A program made the position numbers and the translations under genes. The notes beneath the pieces are model-generated. The model worked only from the letters and a program-made list of their open reading frames with translations, searched no databases and had not been told where the DNA came from. Of a stretch of 64,000 bases of DNA, positions 39,784-51,480 are shown piece after piece. Origin of the DNA: Cenococcum geophilum (Eukaryota); the NCBI GenBank assembly GCA_050273025.1, contig CP158635.1:28706001-28770000 (forward strand). The letters are read 5' to 3'. Positions within the stretch are counted from its first letter, which is position 1. Every line of letters begins with the position of its first letter.

Positions 39784-41595
39784 GTGGCTATACTAGAGAT
39801 AGTTGAGCATTTCGCGGCTCGGCTTGGCCATCGGGTCTCCTTCCTTCCCTTCCACCATGTACCACGAAGTTACGTATCCGCGCGACATAAAATTATTAGA
39901 GGAATAGACAGCGGAACGTATGATGGCAATGGCCGTTGACCTTAGCATATCACAACCTTGGCAATCTCGAGCAACAAATCCTGCTATTAACCGCTCGTTG
40001 CATAACTGAGTAAATCCGTCTCCAAACTCGGTTTGACCAATAACAATACCAAAAAGGCAGAAAACAAAGATAAAATATAGCACTCGAATTTTCTACAGAG
40101 AGTTCCGTTTCTCTCCACTACTACCTGTTCCGCCGCCTACGTTCATTGATATAGCCCCACTGTTTTCATATTCATCTTGCCTACACAACATATTACCCGT
40201 CTAGATCTGACCACCTTTTCCTAGTGTCCGGTATCTTCCGTTAGCTGCCATTCACCCTCGTGTTCAGTCTTGTGACTCTCGGCTAATTCTACAGAGAAAT
40301 ATATGACTTCTCCCTTCCCTCCTTTCTCAATCTCTTTCTAACCACGCATCAGGCATTCTTTAGCCAACTGTTTTTCTCTCATTGATCACCCTGTCATGTT
40401 CCTTCTTAGGTATTTCCTCATTGATCTCTTGCTCACTCTTTTACTCAGTGACTAATTGCACAAGGGCGATTAGAAGATCCGGCCTGTAATCTTCCGACAG
40501 CTACTTCACACCTCTAGTGGTTTTCTGTAGGTAGACGTAAGTACAAACACGCCCACACTTGCCGATAATAGGTTGTGTTGGCTGGTTGCTTCTCCTCTCC
40601 CTCACAATCCCTTCCTTCCCACCTCAGCAACCGGTCAACCCCGGGTGGGTGTGGAAACCATATGGGATTCTGCAGATCCAATGGGCCTGACCTCAGGAGA
40701 TATGGCTGATCCATCGCCCGTCTATTAACTTACTCAGTTACTGTGGCTTACTACTGAATGATAGCAGTGTTCCGTCAAAGGTTTGCCGCAAGCCTGAGGA
40801 ATAGTGGTGCATTGGAAGTTCCTGTGAGGAAAGGCCTGGCAGGTTTAAGGCATCTCGTATTGTGTCACCTCAGTTCTGGACCTCACTATTGAACCTAGCA
40901 ACTGAGATGAGGTGCAGGTGAGCTGGTGTCTAATTTTAGCACTGGAGAATCCAGAACTCTTGAGGAAGCTGGGGGAGAAGGTTCGTAGCGCTCACTTCTG
41001 TGGTGGATGTGTTTCCACAAGAGGGCAATTGAGATCAGACTCCCGAGCGTCCGCCGAGATCTAGGGAATCAGAAGGCTCTTGCAGGCTTGATTTGCTGAT
41101 CATAGGGCGTTGCGATGGTTGGTGCCCGCCTACTCAATTTAGGTTACCAGTTGGACTTGCCCCAAATCCGCACGGGAAGACCGTAACTACGCAAGGTGCA
41201 GACGAAGGTTTGCGACTCTTGGTGCAATCATTCGGGTGTGCTTAGTAGTAGTAGTGTTGTTGAGCTAGGCTTTGCCTAGATCTCCCTCAGCACCTATCTT
41301 TACCTTGTGTGCTTGTCTCGAGTCTCCATCGTACAACGAGAGTGCGTTTGTCGGCAGGGTGACCGTATGGGAGCTGGACCGGTGGTCTATGCTTTGCAAG
41401 AGGAGGAACCTCAGCGAAGAGTTCGCAGTGCTGAAGACTAGCAGCCTGGTAACAGGTGAGGCCAAGACGAACTCAGGTGTCATGCAGGTAGGGTCGTGGT
41501 AAGTTGCATCGCGACGTCTGCACTCACGCAGCTTGCGTATGAGAGAGGAGGGTGGATGGGGTATCATGACTTCATAGATCTAGGCAGAGAATAGG

Positions 41596-43935
41596 CTACT
41601 GTTTCCGTCTGCGTTTCCTTGCCTTTGACAGTGCTTCTGAGATTACTTGAACATCTTCCACGCCAGCTTCATTGGCGTCCGATACATCACTGCCCGCTAC
41701 TAACGTCACAGCATCCTCGCCTCGTTGGTTAGCTTCATCATCAATGCTAGCAGAGTCGTCATAGTTATCGGCCTCGTCCTCATCCTCCAGCTCCGACTCT
41801 CCATCATGCTCATCGGGGCCTTCGAATTCCTCGTCCTCATTCTCATCCACTCCGTCTGCATCATCTTCCCCTGCCGCATCGTGACTAACCTTACTCTCAC
41901 CAACGGCTGACTCGCCATCATTCCTCTTCCTTTTCTTGCTCATCTCTCCGAGCTTGCCCTCACGCCCCTCAACCCCATGCTTCTCATCTCCATCCGCAAA
42001 CACCGGCGGAGGCGTGAACCAAGGGATTTTTCCTCGTAGGAAGTCATTAATCACCATCTTCGCGCATGCATCTAGATCAGGTTCTCCTCCCTTCAACAAT
42101 CTACCACCCTTTCTTGCAAGGATCTCAAGGAATTCCGTCGCATCTGAATATCCTTTGATGTCATAAGTTCTCTGGATATGCCGAGGCTGACATCGATTGA
42201 GGACAGCATCGATATACTGTGCGGGATGTTCAACGTTCTCAATGCGGACAACGCCGCGTAGAAGAAGCTCTTCGTCGGTATCGGACTTGTTTGGTGGTAC
42301 AATGCCTGGACAGTCGATCATGTAGATGCGCTTCATCAACGTGACGTACTGCCAAACCTTTGTTTCGCCGGCAATTGGTGCGACGTTGCATACTTTCTTC
42401 TTGCGCAGGGTGTTTATAATCGAGGATTTGCCGGTATTTGGGTATCCAATGAGCCCGACGCTTATCTGTTTCCGGTCGGAGTGGAGGGCGGAGAACTGGC
42501 GAAGTATTTGGATTAAGGAGCCTTTGCCGAAGGAATTGTTCACGGATGCATGGAAGGCGAGGGTTGGAAACTCTTTTGATAGTGCTCGAACCCAGGCGGC
42601 CTGTTCAGAGAAGCAATGTCAGTTAAATAAAACGGAAAAATTGACGCTTGAGTGACATCAGACTTGATATGATTGAGATGTATGAAACGTTACTAAGAGG
42701 ACCGCTATAGGCCACCCGAAGGCGGAGACGGTCCTCAACTCAAAACGAGGCATTCTCAGACCCTTAACGACTAGTCACCAAGACGATGACAGAGTCAGCT
42801 TACAAACCATGACAGCCATAAGCGGCGGGTTGAGCTTGATCTCCCAAAGTTGTAACAGATTCCATCCATAGGAGTTGCAATGAATGCAGGAAGGAGCCTT
42901 GACTTAACGATGGAATCGGAATGAACCCGATTAAGCGGGAAACAGGGTAGGGAACAGGAAACTCACGGCTACTCTAGACGGTACTAGATCGACTTTATTT
43001 AAAACGAACAAGAGGTGTTTGTGGGGTGCTTCTTCTCGCAGGTACTTTTCGACGCTTCGGCATCTCGTGCCTAATGGATCTCGCGCATCGAGAACATTGA
43101 TGATTACGTCTGACGAATCAATAACCTAAAGGAGGGTTTTAGTACTTCGCTGAGTGTTTGAGTCGCGTTTTTACCTTGTATAACTCGTTCCATATCCTTT
43201 TGCTCTGGCCTTTCGAGAAGATAGCTTCTCTTGCCGTTGAGAGAGTACCGTCAGCGCTGAAGTCATCATTGTCATCCTGCGCATCTGCTCTAGAGTTGCC
43301 ACTAAGAAGCTTTGCCTGCTCAAGGCGGTCCAAATATGTGTCGTGCATCTCAACAGTCTTCCCCGCCAGATCCTCTAGAGAACTGACACCAATTTTTACC
43401 CGCTTCCTCTGTGCTTTGGGTCCAAATGTGTCGCTAAATGGAGCTGTTTCCACCGCTATCTTCGCCTCATGCTGCTTGAGGCCATTCTTGGTCTGATTGT
43501 CACGGATTAAAGACATTGGTAACTTATTTTGTTTAAGCAGGTATGAAGTCGGATCGGAGGCTTGAGCGGCGACAGCTCCACGGAACGCTTCGAGGGCATC
43601 CTGAGATATGACTCTGGTTGCGTTGAACCATTTCCGGTTGGGTTCTACACGGGCGTTTGGCTTCTCATGAGACTGGAAGGAGGCTGCCTTGGTGATTTTC
43701 CCGTCTGCATTTCGTTGCGCTTTGCCATCCTTGAACATATTCAGAGTTTTGACCTTCTTGGCGCTTCTGGAGGATTTTGTTAGCACAAGCAAGCCAGATA
43801 GAAACAGCATGCATATCCCAGATACCATTATACGAACCTATAGAAGTTTTCTCCCTTGACCTTCACATTGTTCATACCTCCACCGGTCTTCCCTTCCCGC
43901 TCTTTCCTCGCTGCTTCTTTCTTGTGAGTACCCAT
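41596..43935 (-). CDS. NOG2: Nucleolar GTPase Nog2 (60S biogenesis); introns near 43837-43770, 43173-43126 and 42966-42601
   Basis: KGENFYR, NGP1NT domain ([24 protein letters not shown]), [35 protein letters not shown], acidic tail. Confidence 0.96.
42676..42914 (-). ncRNA. snR191: Intronic H/ACA snoRNA, snR191/U19 homologue (guides LSU helix 69 pseudouridines, yeast 2258/2260)
   Basis: Within 366-nt NOG2 intron; hairpin 1 pocket AGUCA/GUUAC with H box AGAUCA 14 nt after the pocket start; middle hairpin; last hairpin pocket GAGU/UAGU with ACA 14 nt later; pockets complement GUAAC-U-A-UGACU and ACUA-U-G-ACUC. Confidence 0.88.
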
Positions 43936-44190
43936 CGTGATATTCCGGCGGCTTCAGCTAGCTGTGCAATTGTCAATGTACCCGAGCCAATACCCCGCGT
44001 AGTGTATACAAAGGCTTCAGGGCCTTTGGGCGGTTATTGGCAGCCCTAAAATACAGAAAATTGTCAGCCGGTGTGCAGAGGCTTAAGAAGTTGTCGATAA
44101 TTTTCGTTCGGGCAATTTAGCGACTTGGCGTAAATTTCCAACCTCAAACTTTAACATCAGATGCTATTGATTGAGAATTGACACATCAAA

Positions 44191-45093
44191 ATGCCTCCAT
44201 CAGCCGGCAGAGCATTAATCTCACCTTCATCGTCGTGCCAGATATGTGCACTCTCTTCAATATCCCGCCGCTCCTTTTCCACATCTCAATCTCTCTTTTC
44301 GCTCCCCCCCGAGTCCCCTAAATACATCGAGGTCCCAAGACCATTACAGTCAAGTTATCCGCTAAAGCACCGTGTTAAAGGTGTTCTACCTGTCCCTAGA
44401 GACATCTTCCATATCCGTAGCGACAAAGAGAAAGCATCTAAGGAGTTTCTCAAAGCCGCGACCAAAGAACCGTCAATAACGACCGTCCGCCATGGCCCTG
44501 ATGCGGAGCGTATTCAGTGGAAGCAGCGCATGGCTGGGGTACGAAGGAGGAGCTTACGGCAGAGTGTGATGGAACTGCATAAGCGGAAGCAGGAAGCAGA
44601 CCGGATACGTACTGCGCACAGCAGGCGAAGGCAGCAGGAGCACGAGAATCTTGTCAATCGACCAGAGCGTGAAGACGAACGCCTAACAAATCCTAGTGTC
44701 AGCAAATCTATCCGAGAATTTCTGGCTGGGTCTTTGCAAACTGCGCCGACAACTGAGCAATTTAGGGAAAAGCGGCTAAGGCATGAGGCAAGGGAGCAAG
44801 CGAAAGAAGAGAAGAGGAGAGATGCTCTGCATACGCTATATATGCAAGCTAAGGATTTCATAGTGACGGAAGAGCAGCTGGACCAAGCTGTTGAGAAGGC
44901 CTTTGGAACTGAAGAAAACCCAGTGGGCTGGACTCATTCGAAGAGAGGGTTGAGTCCCTGGGAGGAAGGCATACCTGATACGGTTCAAGGCATGCTTTCC
45001 AAGATTAGGAACACTACTGGAAGTGCTGGCTACATACTTGCGAACCAGAGGTTAAAGAAAATTGCAGAGGAGCTTACTGGGGGGAAGATCTGA
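44191..45093 (+). CDS. Probable mitochondrial small-subunit ribosomal protein (fungal mS26-like)
   Basis: Ser/Arg-rich mitochondrial presequence (RRSFSTS), PPESPKYIEVP motif, basic coiled coil, ends EELTGGKI; divergent from NOG2 across about 255 bp. Family call from memory of the motif. Confidence 0.6.
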   Translation: MPPSAGRALISPSSSCQICALSSISRRSFSTSQSLFSLPPESPKYIEVPRPLQSSYPLKHRVKGVLPVPRDIFHIRSDKEKASKEFLKAATKEPSITTVRHGPDAERIQWKQRMAGVRRRSLRQSVMELHKRKQEADRIRTAHSRRRQQEHENLVNRPEREDERLTNPSVSKSIREFLAGSLQTAPTTEQFREKRLRHEAREQAKEEKRRDALHTLYMQAKDFIVTEEQLDQAVEKAFGTEENPVGWTHSKRGLSPWEEGIPDTVQGMLSKIRNTTGSAGYILANQRLKKIAEELTGGKI

Positions 45094-45950
45094 GCGTTAG
45101 GCCATAAATGTGTCGTATGTATTGATACTTGTGAGTTTATATGCTTTTTAGATATTATCATGAACTGCAACTACTTATCTACATTCTTCAAGCTCCCTTC
45201 ACGAAAAAGCAAGAGGGGCCATTTGATCTGATATCGTACCGTTTTTCTATGTATCCTAAGGTTTTCCTGCGACTATGCTTATTTCTACCTTATTCTTCTG
45301 CTTGTATGAATTAGAAGTAAAATAACTAAGTGGTCACAACGCTCTTTCTTCTTGCTGATAAGCGGTATTGCATACTTCTGACTGATCCCTTAGGCTAAAT
45401 TTATCTCATAAGACTCATAATCAGAGCTCAAAAACCGACCAGCTGTCCGCTATGCGAAGATTGTTTGGCTTCTGTATCTTAGATTTGCCTTTTAGCCCCC
45501 TTACAACGGTGAGCTGCCACCTATGATTTTCCAACAGAGATGTACTTAAAATAAGGTTGGTATGGTGTCCCTAGATGTATTTAGGTCAGGCCTGGATTTC
45601 GTTTCGACATCAACCCGGGGGATTGGACCGGATTGAAGGTCGATATGGGTTTTGATGCTCTAGTTCTGCATCAAGCCACGCCTGAGCCTGATATCGCAGC
45701 AACTATTTAAATCTTAATTAGTAAGTATCCAAGTTACGTAGACATAAGATAAGATTACTGGAGCCGTGTCTTGGCCTATATGCTCACCGCCTTACTCACC
45801 ACCTTACTCACCACCTTGCTTACCACATTACGTGGAATCTCCGTCGTATGCAAAGTTCCTTTTATGAAGAATATGTTTCCTCGTCTCCTCGTTAAAGTTG
45901 CCTTAATAACCAGTATTCTTTCTGGAAGACCATTTCCTTAATTACCATTC

Positions 45951-46026
45951 TGTCAACCGATAAAATAAGTCCTATTTGGCTTCGCCAAGAGGACCGGTCT
46001 TTTTGGGCCGATTGGCCCGGTCGACA
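45951..46026. mobile_element. 76-bp TG...CA mini-element, copy 2
   Basis: TGTCAACCG...CGGTCGACA; flanks cattc/cattt; matches 14943-15017. Confidence 0.7.
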
Positions 46027-47311
46027 CATTTTTGGTGTCCGTGTTGAATCAGAATCAAAAGTACTTGCATAACGAATATAGATTTAATAATATATTCCTA
46101 TCAACCATGCGTTCAAATCGTGCTTCTAATAATATAGGATTTGTCCCACCGACTCGAACGGCGAAAGAACCTCCCCCGATGCCCTAGTCACTGCCTCCTT
46201 TCAAGCCTCTGCTTATTACCCTACGGGCACATGGGGTACTACCAGAGTCGATTTGAGGTGCTATTTGAGCACCTTTTTGGAGCTTGTAGAGCTTAATTTT
46301 AGAGCTAAATGGGAGTGTGATTATTAACCGTCGGTTAGTCCTTTTTTAGTGCACTTAGAGTAGTATTTAGATACTATAGTTCTACTTTATGGCGGTGCTT
46401 CTACATATAAATATACACGTACATCTAATAGAAGCTCTAAATTACGTAGTCTACTATCTATTTACTGCCTTGTCTTGAGGCCTCTCTTTCTAGTATCTTT
46501 AACACCTGCGATACTTCTGACACCTTTGATACTTCCGACACCTCCGACGCCTCTATTACTACTTTGTCACCACCTTCGTCACCACCTCGTTATCTTTACC
46601 CTTACACACCTCTTCTACCTTTGCCTCTGCCTCTGCCTCTGCCTCTCTTTTTGCCTTCTCTTTATCCCTTGTAATGGTGAAATATATCCTACGTTATTGA
46701 TAAGAATTAGCCAGTAGAACCAATGAGATTGAGTCTAGGTGTCTAGTCTATATTGTGCGACACACGGATCACCTAGCGGTAGAATACCACTATTATAAGG
46801 GATATAAAGGGTGCGGCCGAGAGCACAATCAATTCTCCCTTGTGCCAAGACATTCTGCCGTATTGGGTGGACCAATAAAACCCCTGTTATTTTAGGGCGG
46901 TGGAGGGAACATCTACACTAAAGCTCAATCGCGAGCTTTATCACCTGATAAAATGCCACAACATAGCTCTAGCGGTCGCTCGCACGGTGCTATAAACACT
47001 TCTATTTAATTAAAATCAGCTATAATTATATTAAGAATTTTTTCTAAGCTTGAACACGCCGAAATTAAGGCCAAAACGGGTGCGTAGGCCTTAACTATAT
47101 GTCGCATCTTTAACAAGGCCAAAGACAACGCGGGCAACGACGATTTCCACGACCTACTTGCTACTCTCTTACCTAAATCAGCTTGCCTAGGTCGTGATCC
47201 TCCAATTCTAAATAGCTTTAAAGCTTCTGCCGCAATTAGGGACGATATATTAACGTTTCTAAAGCACGCAATGGAAGATGCAAGCTATATGGTTGATTTT
47301 ATTATTCTTGC

Positions 47312-47736
47312 TATAACGGAACCTTGTAGCAAGAACTACGGTAGGCTTGTTATTGGGCTAGGTGTGTAGGAAATGCAAGTATAAAAGTTAACAACGTAAT
47401 AACAACTGGTGGAGTGGTTGCCTAATAGATTAACTCTAATTATATTCTGAGAATTACTATAAGGAAGGAACTATCTAGGTAGGGACTAAGGGTCCTTAAA
47501 TACACAACCGTACTCCTATAAAATCCTTCTTATATGTAATGTACGTCTTATACGTAAGGTACGTGAGTTTCTCTCGTTCCTCTTGTTTAATACGTAGCAT
47601 ATTATGTGACCTTGGTTACTATTCCTCGTTATATAGTTCTATTGGCTCCATCTTAGACCGTGCTTATATTAACTAATTAGCTTCTTCCGTCTCTTCTTTA
47701 AGTAGTTATAATATTATACTTAAAGCGTCCATAACA
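47312..47736 (-). repeat. 3' LTR of the Gypsy element
   Basis: Collinear with 60424-60848; differences seen are C/T and G/A transitions. Confidence 0.93.
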
Positions 47737-47844
47737 CTATCTCCCTTCTCTTTATCTTTGTCCTTAAAGATTTAAAATATCTCTAAGTCGTTTACTAAAG
47801 GTATAATATCCGTTTAATTAATTTGGTTAATATTATTATTTATT

Positions 47845-48520
47845 ATACCTAAAGCAATTTCTTCTTTATACGCCTAACGTCGTGCTCGCACTATTGCTGT
47901 AATATTATCTCTTAGTGAGATTATGCCGTCTCCGTGTTCTTGTTGTTCGAAAGAGGGGTTAGTTTGTGTTACGTTAGCGAACCTATCTTCGCAATAACTG
48001 TCCTTTTATTTAGAGTGTACTAAAGCAAATATTTATTCGTCTTATGACGTTTACTCTACTTTTAATGCTAAATATATGCGACCTATTACTCTTAATAGTC
48101 GTCTGGTTCCCTAATTAATTTGTCTTAGGGTCTTATGTTTAATCTGCTGCTGCGCAGCTAGATGGTAAACTATTATAAGCCCTTGCTAAGTTGGAACGTT
48201 CCCATAACGCGGAATAGAAGGCCCTAGATGCTTAGATTGTAGCGTCTACTTATCTGCTTTGTCTTAAGAAGGTTTATAAGAAGGTTTATTCTAAGGAGTG
48301 GAAACTTATAGAATAGGGTTTATAGGAACTAGGTAATAAAAGAATGGATTCTCCTCTAATAGAGAAGGAAATAGATCTAAGTAGTTTGGCAACTACTCTT
48401 CTTAGGTCCCCCTTAGGTAACTCATTCTTTAGCGATCCTTTTTTATTAATGCTGCCTGACCTAATCTCTTCCAATACTCCTATACCTTTCCTATAGCGTT
48501 CTTTAAATTCTCTAATAGTT
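47845..48520 (+). pseudogene. RIPed extra ORF inside the Gypsy element, antisense to pol, Zn2Cys6-like motif plus probable helical tail
   Basis: 47935-48045 reads C-S-C-C-SKEGLV-C-x13-Y-LE-C-x8-Y-DV; TAT>TGT reversion gives Cx2Cx6Cx13Cx2Cx8C. 3' end approximate. Confidence 0.6.
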
Positions 48521-51480
48521 CCTAGGTAGTCTTAGTGTAGCCTGTCTACTTAACCTTATACTATATTTCGTTGTTAATGTCCTTATAATTAACGATCTTC
48601 GAAACTTACTATTTGTCTTTTTCTTATCCTCTGTACATGTTTGCTTTATAGACCGGTGGCTTAATATTTCTATATACTGGCTCTAGTATTGCGATGTGCT
48701 GTATAGGGTAGATCTTTATTTTAGCTAGTAGGTTTAACTTAAACGTAACTAGTGAAATCCTTTATGTAATTTTAAAAGGTCCTAGTCTAACGTGGTTTAA
48801 CTTCTTACTTAGTTGTCGACTTTTAAAATTTTTATATAGTAGCTATACTTTATCTCCCTCCTTAAGATCTAGTCCCTTAGATCTCTTAGCATTATAGTAC
48901 TTTTTTATTCTCTTTTATACTTTCTTTACTAATTCCATAAGGTCTATATAAAGATTTATTAATATCTTTATTCTCTCTTTAGCTATATTACTTATTTTCT
49001 TTGCTTGCCGTAGTAATAACAATGTTTTCGGCTTATATCCGTAATTTGCCTTAAATGGTGATATGCCTATTCCTTCTTGAGGTGTTGTATTATATATAAA
49101 CTGTATAACTAGTAATAGTGATACCTAATTATTCTATGCATGATTGATATAATGCCTTAGATACTGCTCTAGCGTCTGATTTAATCTTTCCGTTTAACCG
49201 TCTGTCTGCGGATAATATGTAGTAAAAGTTGCTGCTTAAACTCCTTGCTCCGCTAAGAACACTTTCTAGAATGCTGCTACGAATCTTAGATCTCTATTTG
49301 ATATAATTTTGCTTAATGCTTTATATCTTATGAATACTTCTTTAATATAGATTCTAGCGATATCTTCCGCTGAGATTTCTTCTATACATACTATAAAGTA
49401 TCCCCACTTCGTAAGCTTATCTACTATTACTAAGATTATATTATAATCTTATCCGGTAATAGGATCTTTTAATCTTAGTAACTTAATAATAAAGTCCTAT
49501 AATATGACCTCCTATGGTCTTTCTAGTATTTTAATAGGTTATAGCCCTCTATATAGCTTATGCCTTATTAGTTTATTCCTTTAGCAATCTAAATATTTCT
49601 TTATAACCTTTTTGGCTATCCTCTAGATTCCGTTAATAATGTACTTTTCCTAGAGTCTTAACACTAAGCCCATAGCTCTATTATGTCCTTAGGTTAGTCC
49701 CTTATAGAAGTCCTCTATAAACTACTTTGCTATACTTTTTGGGATATACTTTACTTCTTAATTTTTGTATATATTTATCTATAGATCTTCTAGCTATACT
49801 TTTAGAATTCTTTGTGCCTAAAAGCTTTCTGGTGTCTTGTAGACTTTCTTTAGTTTATCGTCTTCTTAAGTTGCTGTAATTTTCGGATAATTATACCTAA
49901 TTAATCCGTCTGTATCTTTTCGCAATAAAGCCCCTAATAGCTTTTCCTTATTTTATAGTTTAGCTTTGCGGCTTAGAGCATCTACCCGCGTATTATCTGT
50001 ACCCTTAGTATACTAAATCTTAAAATGGTATTCTATAAGTATCTCTGCCTATCTAACCTGTTTTTGGTTAAGTTCCTTTATTATTAGGAATCCTGTTAGG
50101 TTCTTATAATCTATCTTAACTATAAATGGTTTCTTTATGCCTTATAAGAATGCTCTCTATTCCTTTAATGCTGTAACTATACCTAATAACTCCTTGTTGT
50201 AGATGTTATAGTTTAACTCTAGTGGTGTTATCTTCCAACTATAGTATGCTACTGGGTGCTATTTATCTTAATACCTTTGCATGAAGTATACCCCTAGTGT
50301 ATAGTCTAATACATCCGTTTCTATAATTATCTCTAGTCTTAGTTAATAGATTTTAAGAACTGGCTCCTAGGTAAACAACTCTTTGACTTTCTTAAAGAGT
50401 TTTCTTTGCTCCTTTCCCTATGCCTATAGTTCTTCTTTCTTTATTAACTATATAAATGGCTTAATATCCTTTAACTACTGCGCTATAAACCTTCTATAGT
50501 AATTATAAAACCCTAGGAACGATCTTAATTATATAACGTTCTCTAGTTTCTACTAATTTACTATAGCCTTAATCTTTTTTAGATCTATGCTGAGTTGGCC
50601 TAGTTTAATGATAAATCTAATAAAATCGGTCTTCCTGGTAAAGAACTCGTATTTCTTAATTACTACTAGCATCTGTTCTTCTTATAGTCTCTTTAAAACC
50701 CATTTAACGTGTTCCCTATATTCTTCCTTAGTTATTAAGTAGATAATAATATTGTTAAGATATACTATAACAAATTTATCTAAGTATTCTCCTAATATAT
50801 TGTTAATACGCTTCTGGAATATTGCTAGTATATTTATAAGCCCAAATTATATAACTAATGGTTTATATAGTCCTTCCTTTAACCTAAAGGCTGCCTTTTA
50901 TTTGTCGCCTTCCTTAATCCTAATTTAATGGTACGCCTATCTTAGATCTATCTTTATAAAGATTTACGCATTACTTATCCTATCTTAGATTTTGCTAATT
51001 AAGGGTAAAGGATATCTATCCTTTCTGGTGATATTGTTTAACTATCTATAGTTGATACACAGCCTTAGTTTACCATTTTTCTTTAGTACGAATAGTACTG
51101 GATAACCTGTTAATAACTGCGATGGTCTAATATATCCCTTTTATAGATTTTCCTAGATAAACTCTTTTAACGCTCTACCTTCTTCTTCGGTAAGCTTATA
51201 AATTAGAAAGAACTTTAGACTTGTTTCTGGTTCTAACTCTATTTTATAGTCCTATACTATATACTTTAACAGCTTCTTACTTTCTAGTAACTATAGTTTT
51301 TTGCCGTATTTATAGTATCTCTTTAGTATATAACTTAGTCCTTTTTCTATTTCTTTATAGGTTGCTTCTACTTAGTACTATACCAACTTAGCTTATTATT
51401 ATATTTTATGGCGTTAAGTGTCTCTAATATTGACCTAACCTGTAATCTAATTAATCCTTAAATTATATTTCTATAACTAA

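Noticed and set aside
40500..41567. Short ORFs downstream of NOG2
   Set aside because: No recognisable domain or consistent exon structure.
42640..42680. C/D box snoRNA in the NOG2 intron (CTGA near its 3' end)
   Set aside because: No matching RUGAUGA C box; the H/ACA model explains the intron much better.
45784..45832. 12-bp tandem repeat ctcaccacctta x4
   Set aside because: Short simple repeat with no further structure.
46475..46717. 80-aa ORF with LCLCLC
   Set aside because: Product of 9-bp and (CTCTGC)n simple repeats in RIPed sequence.
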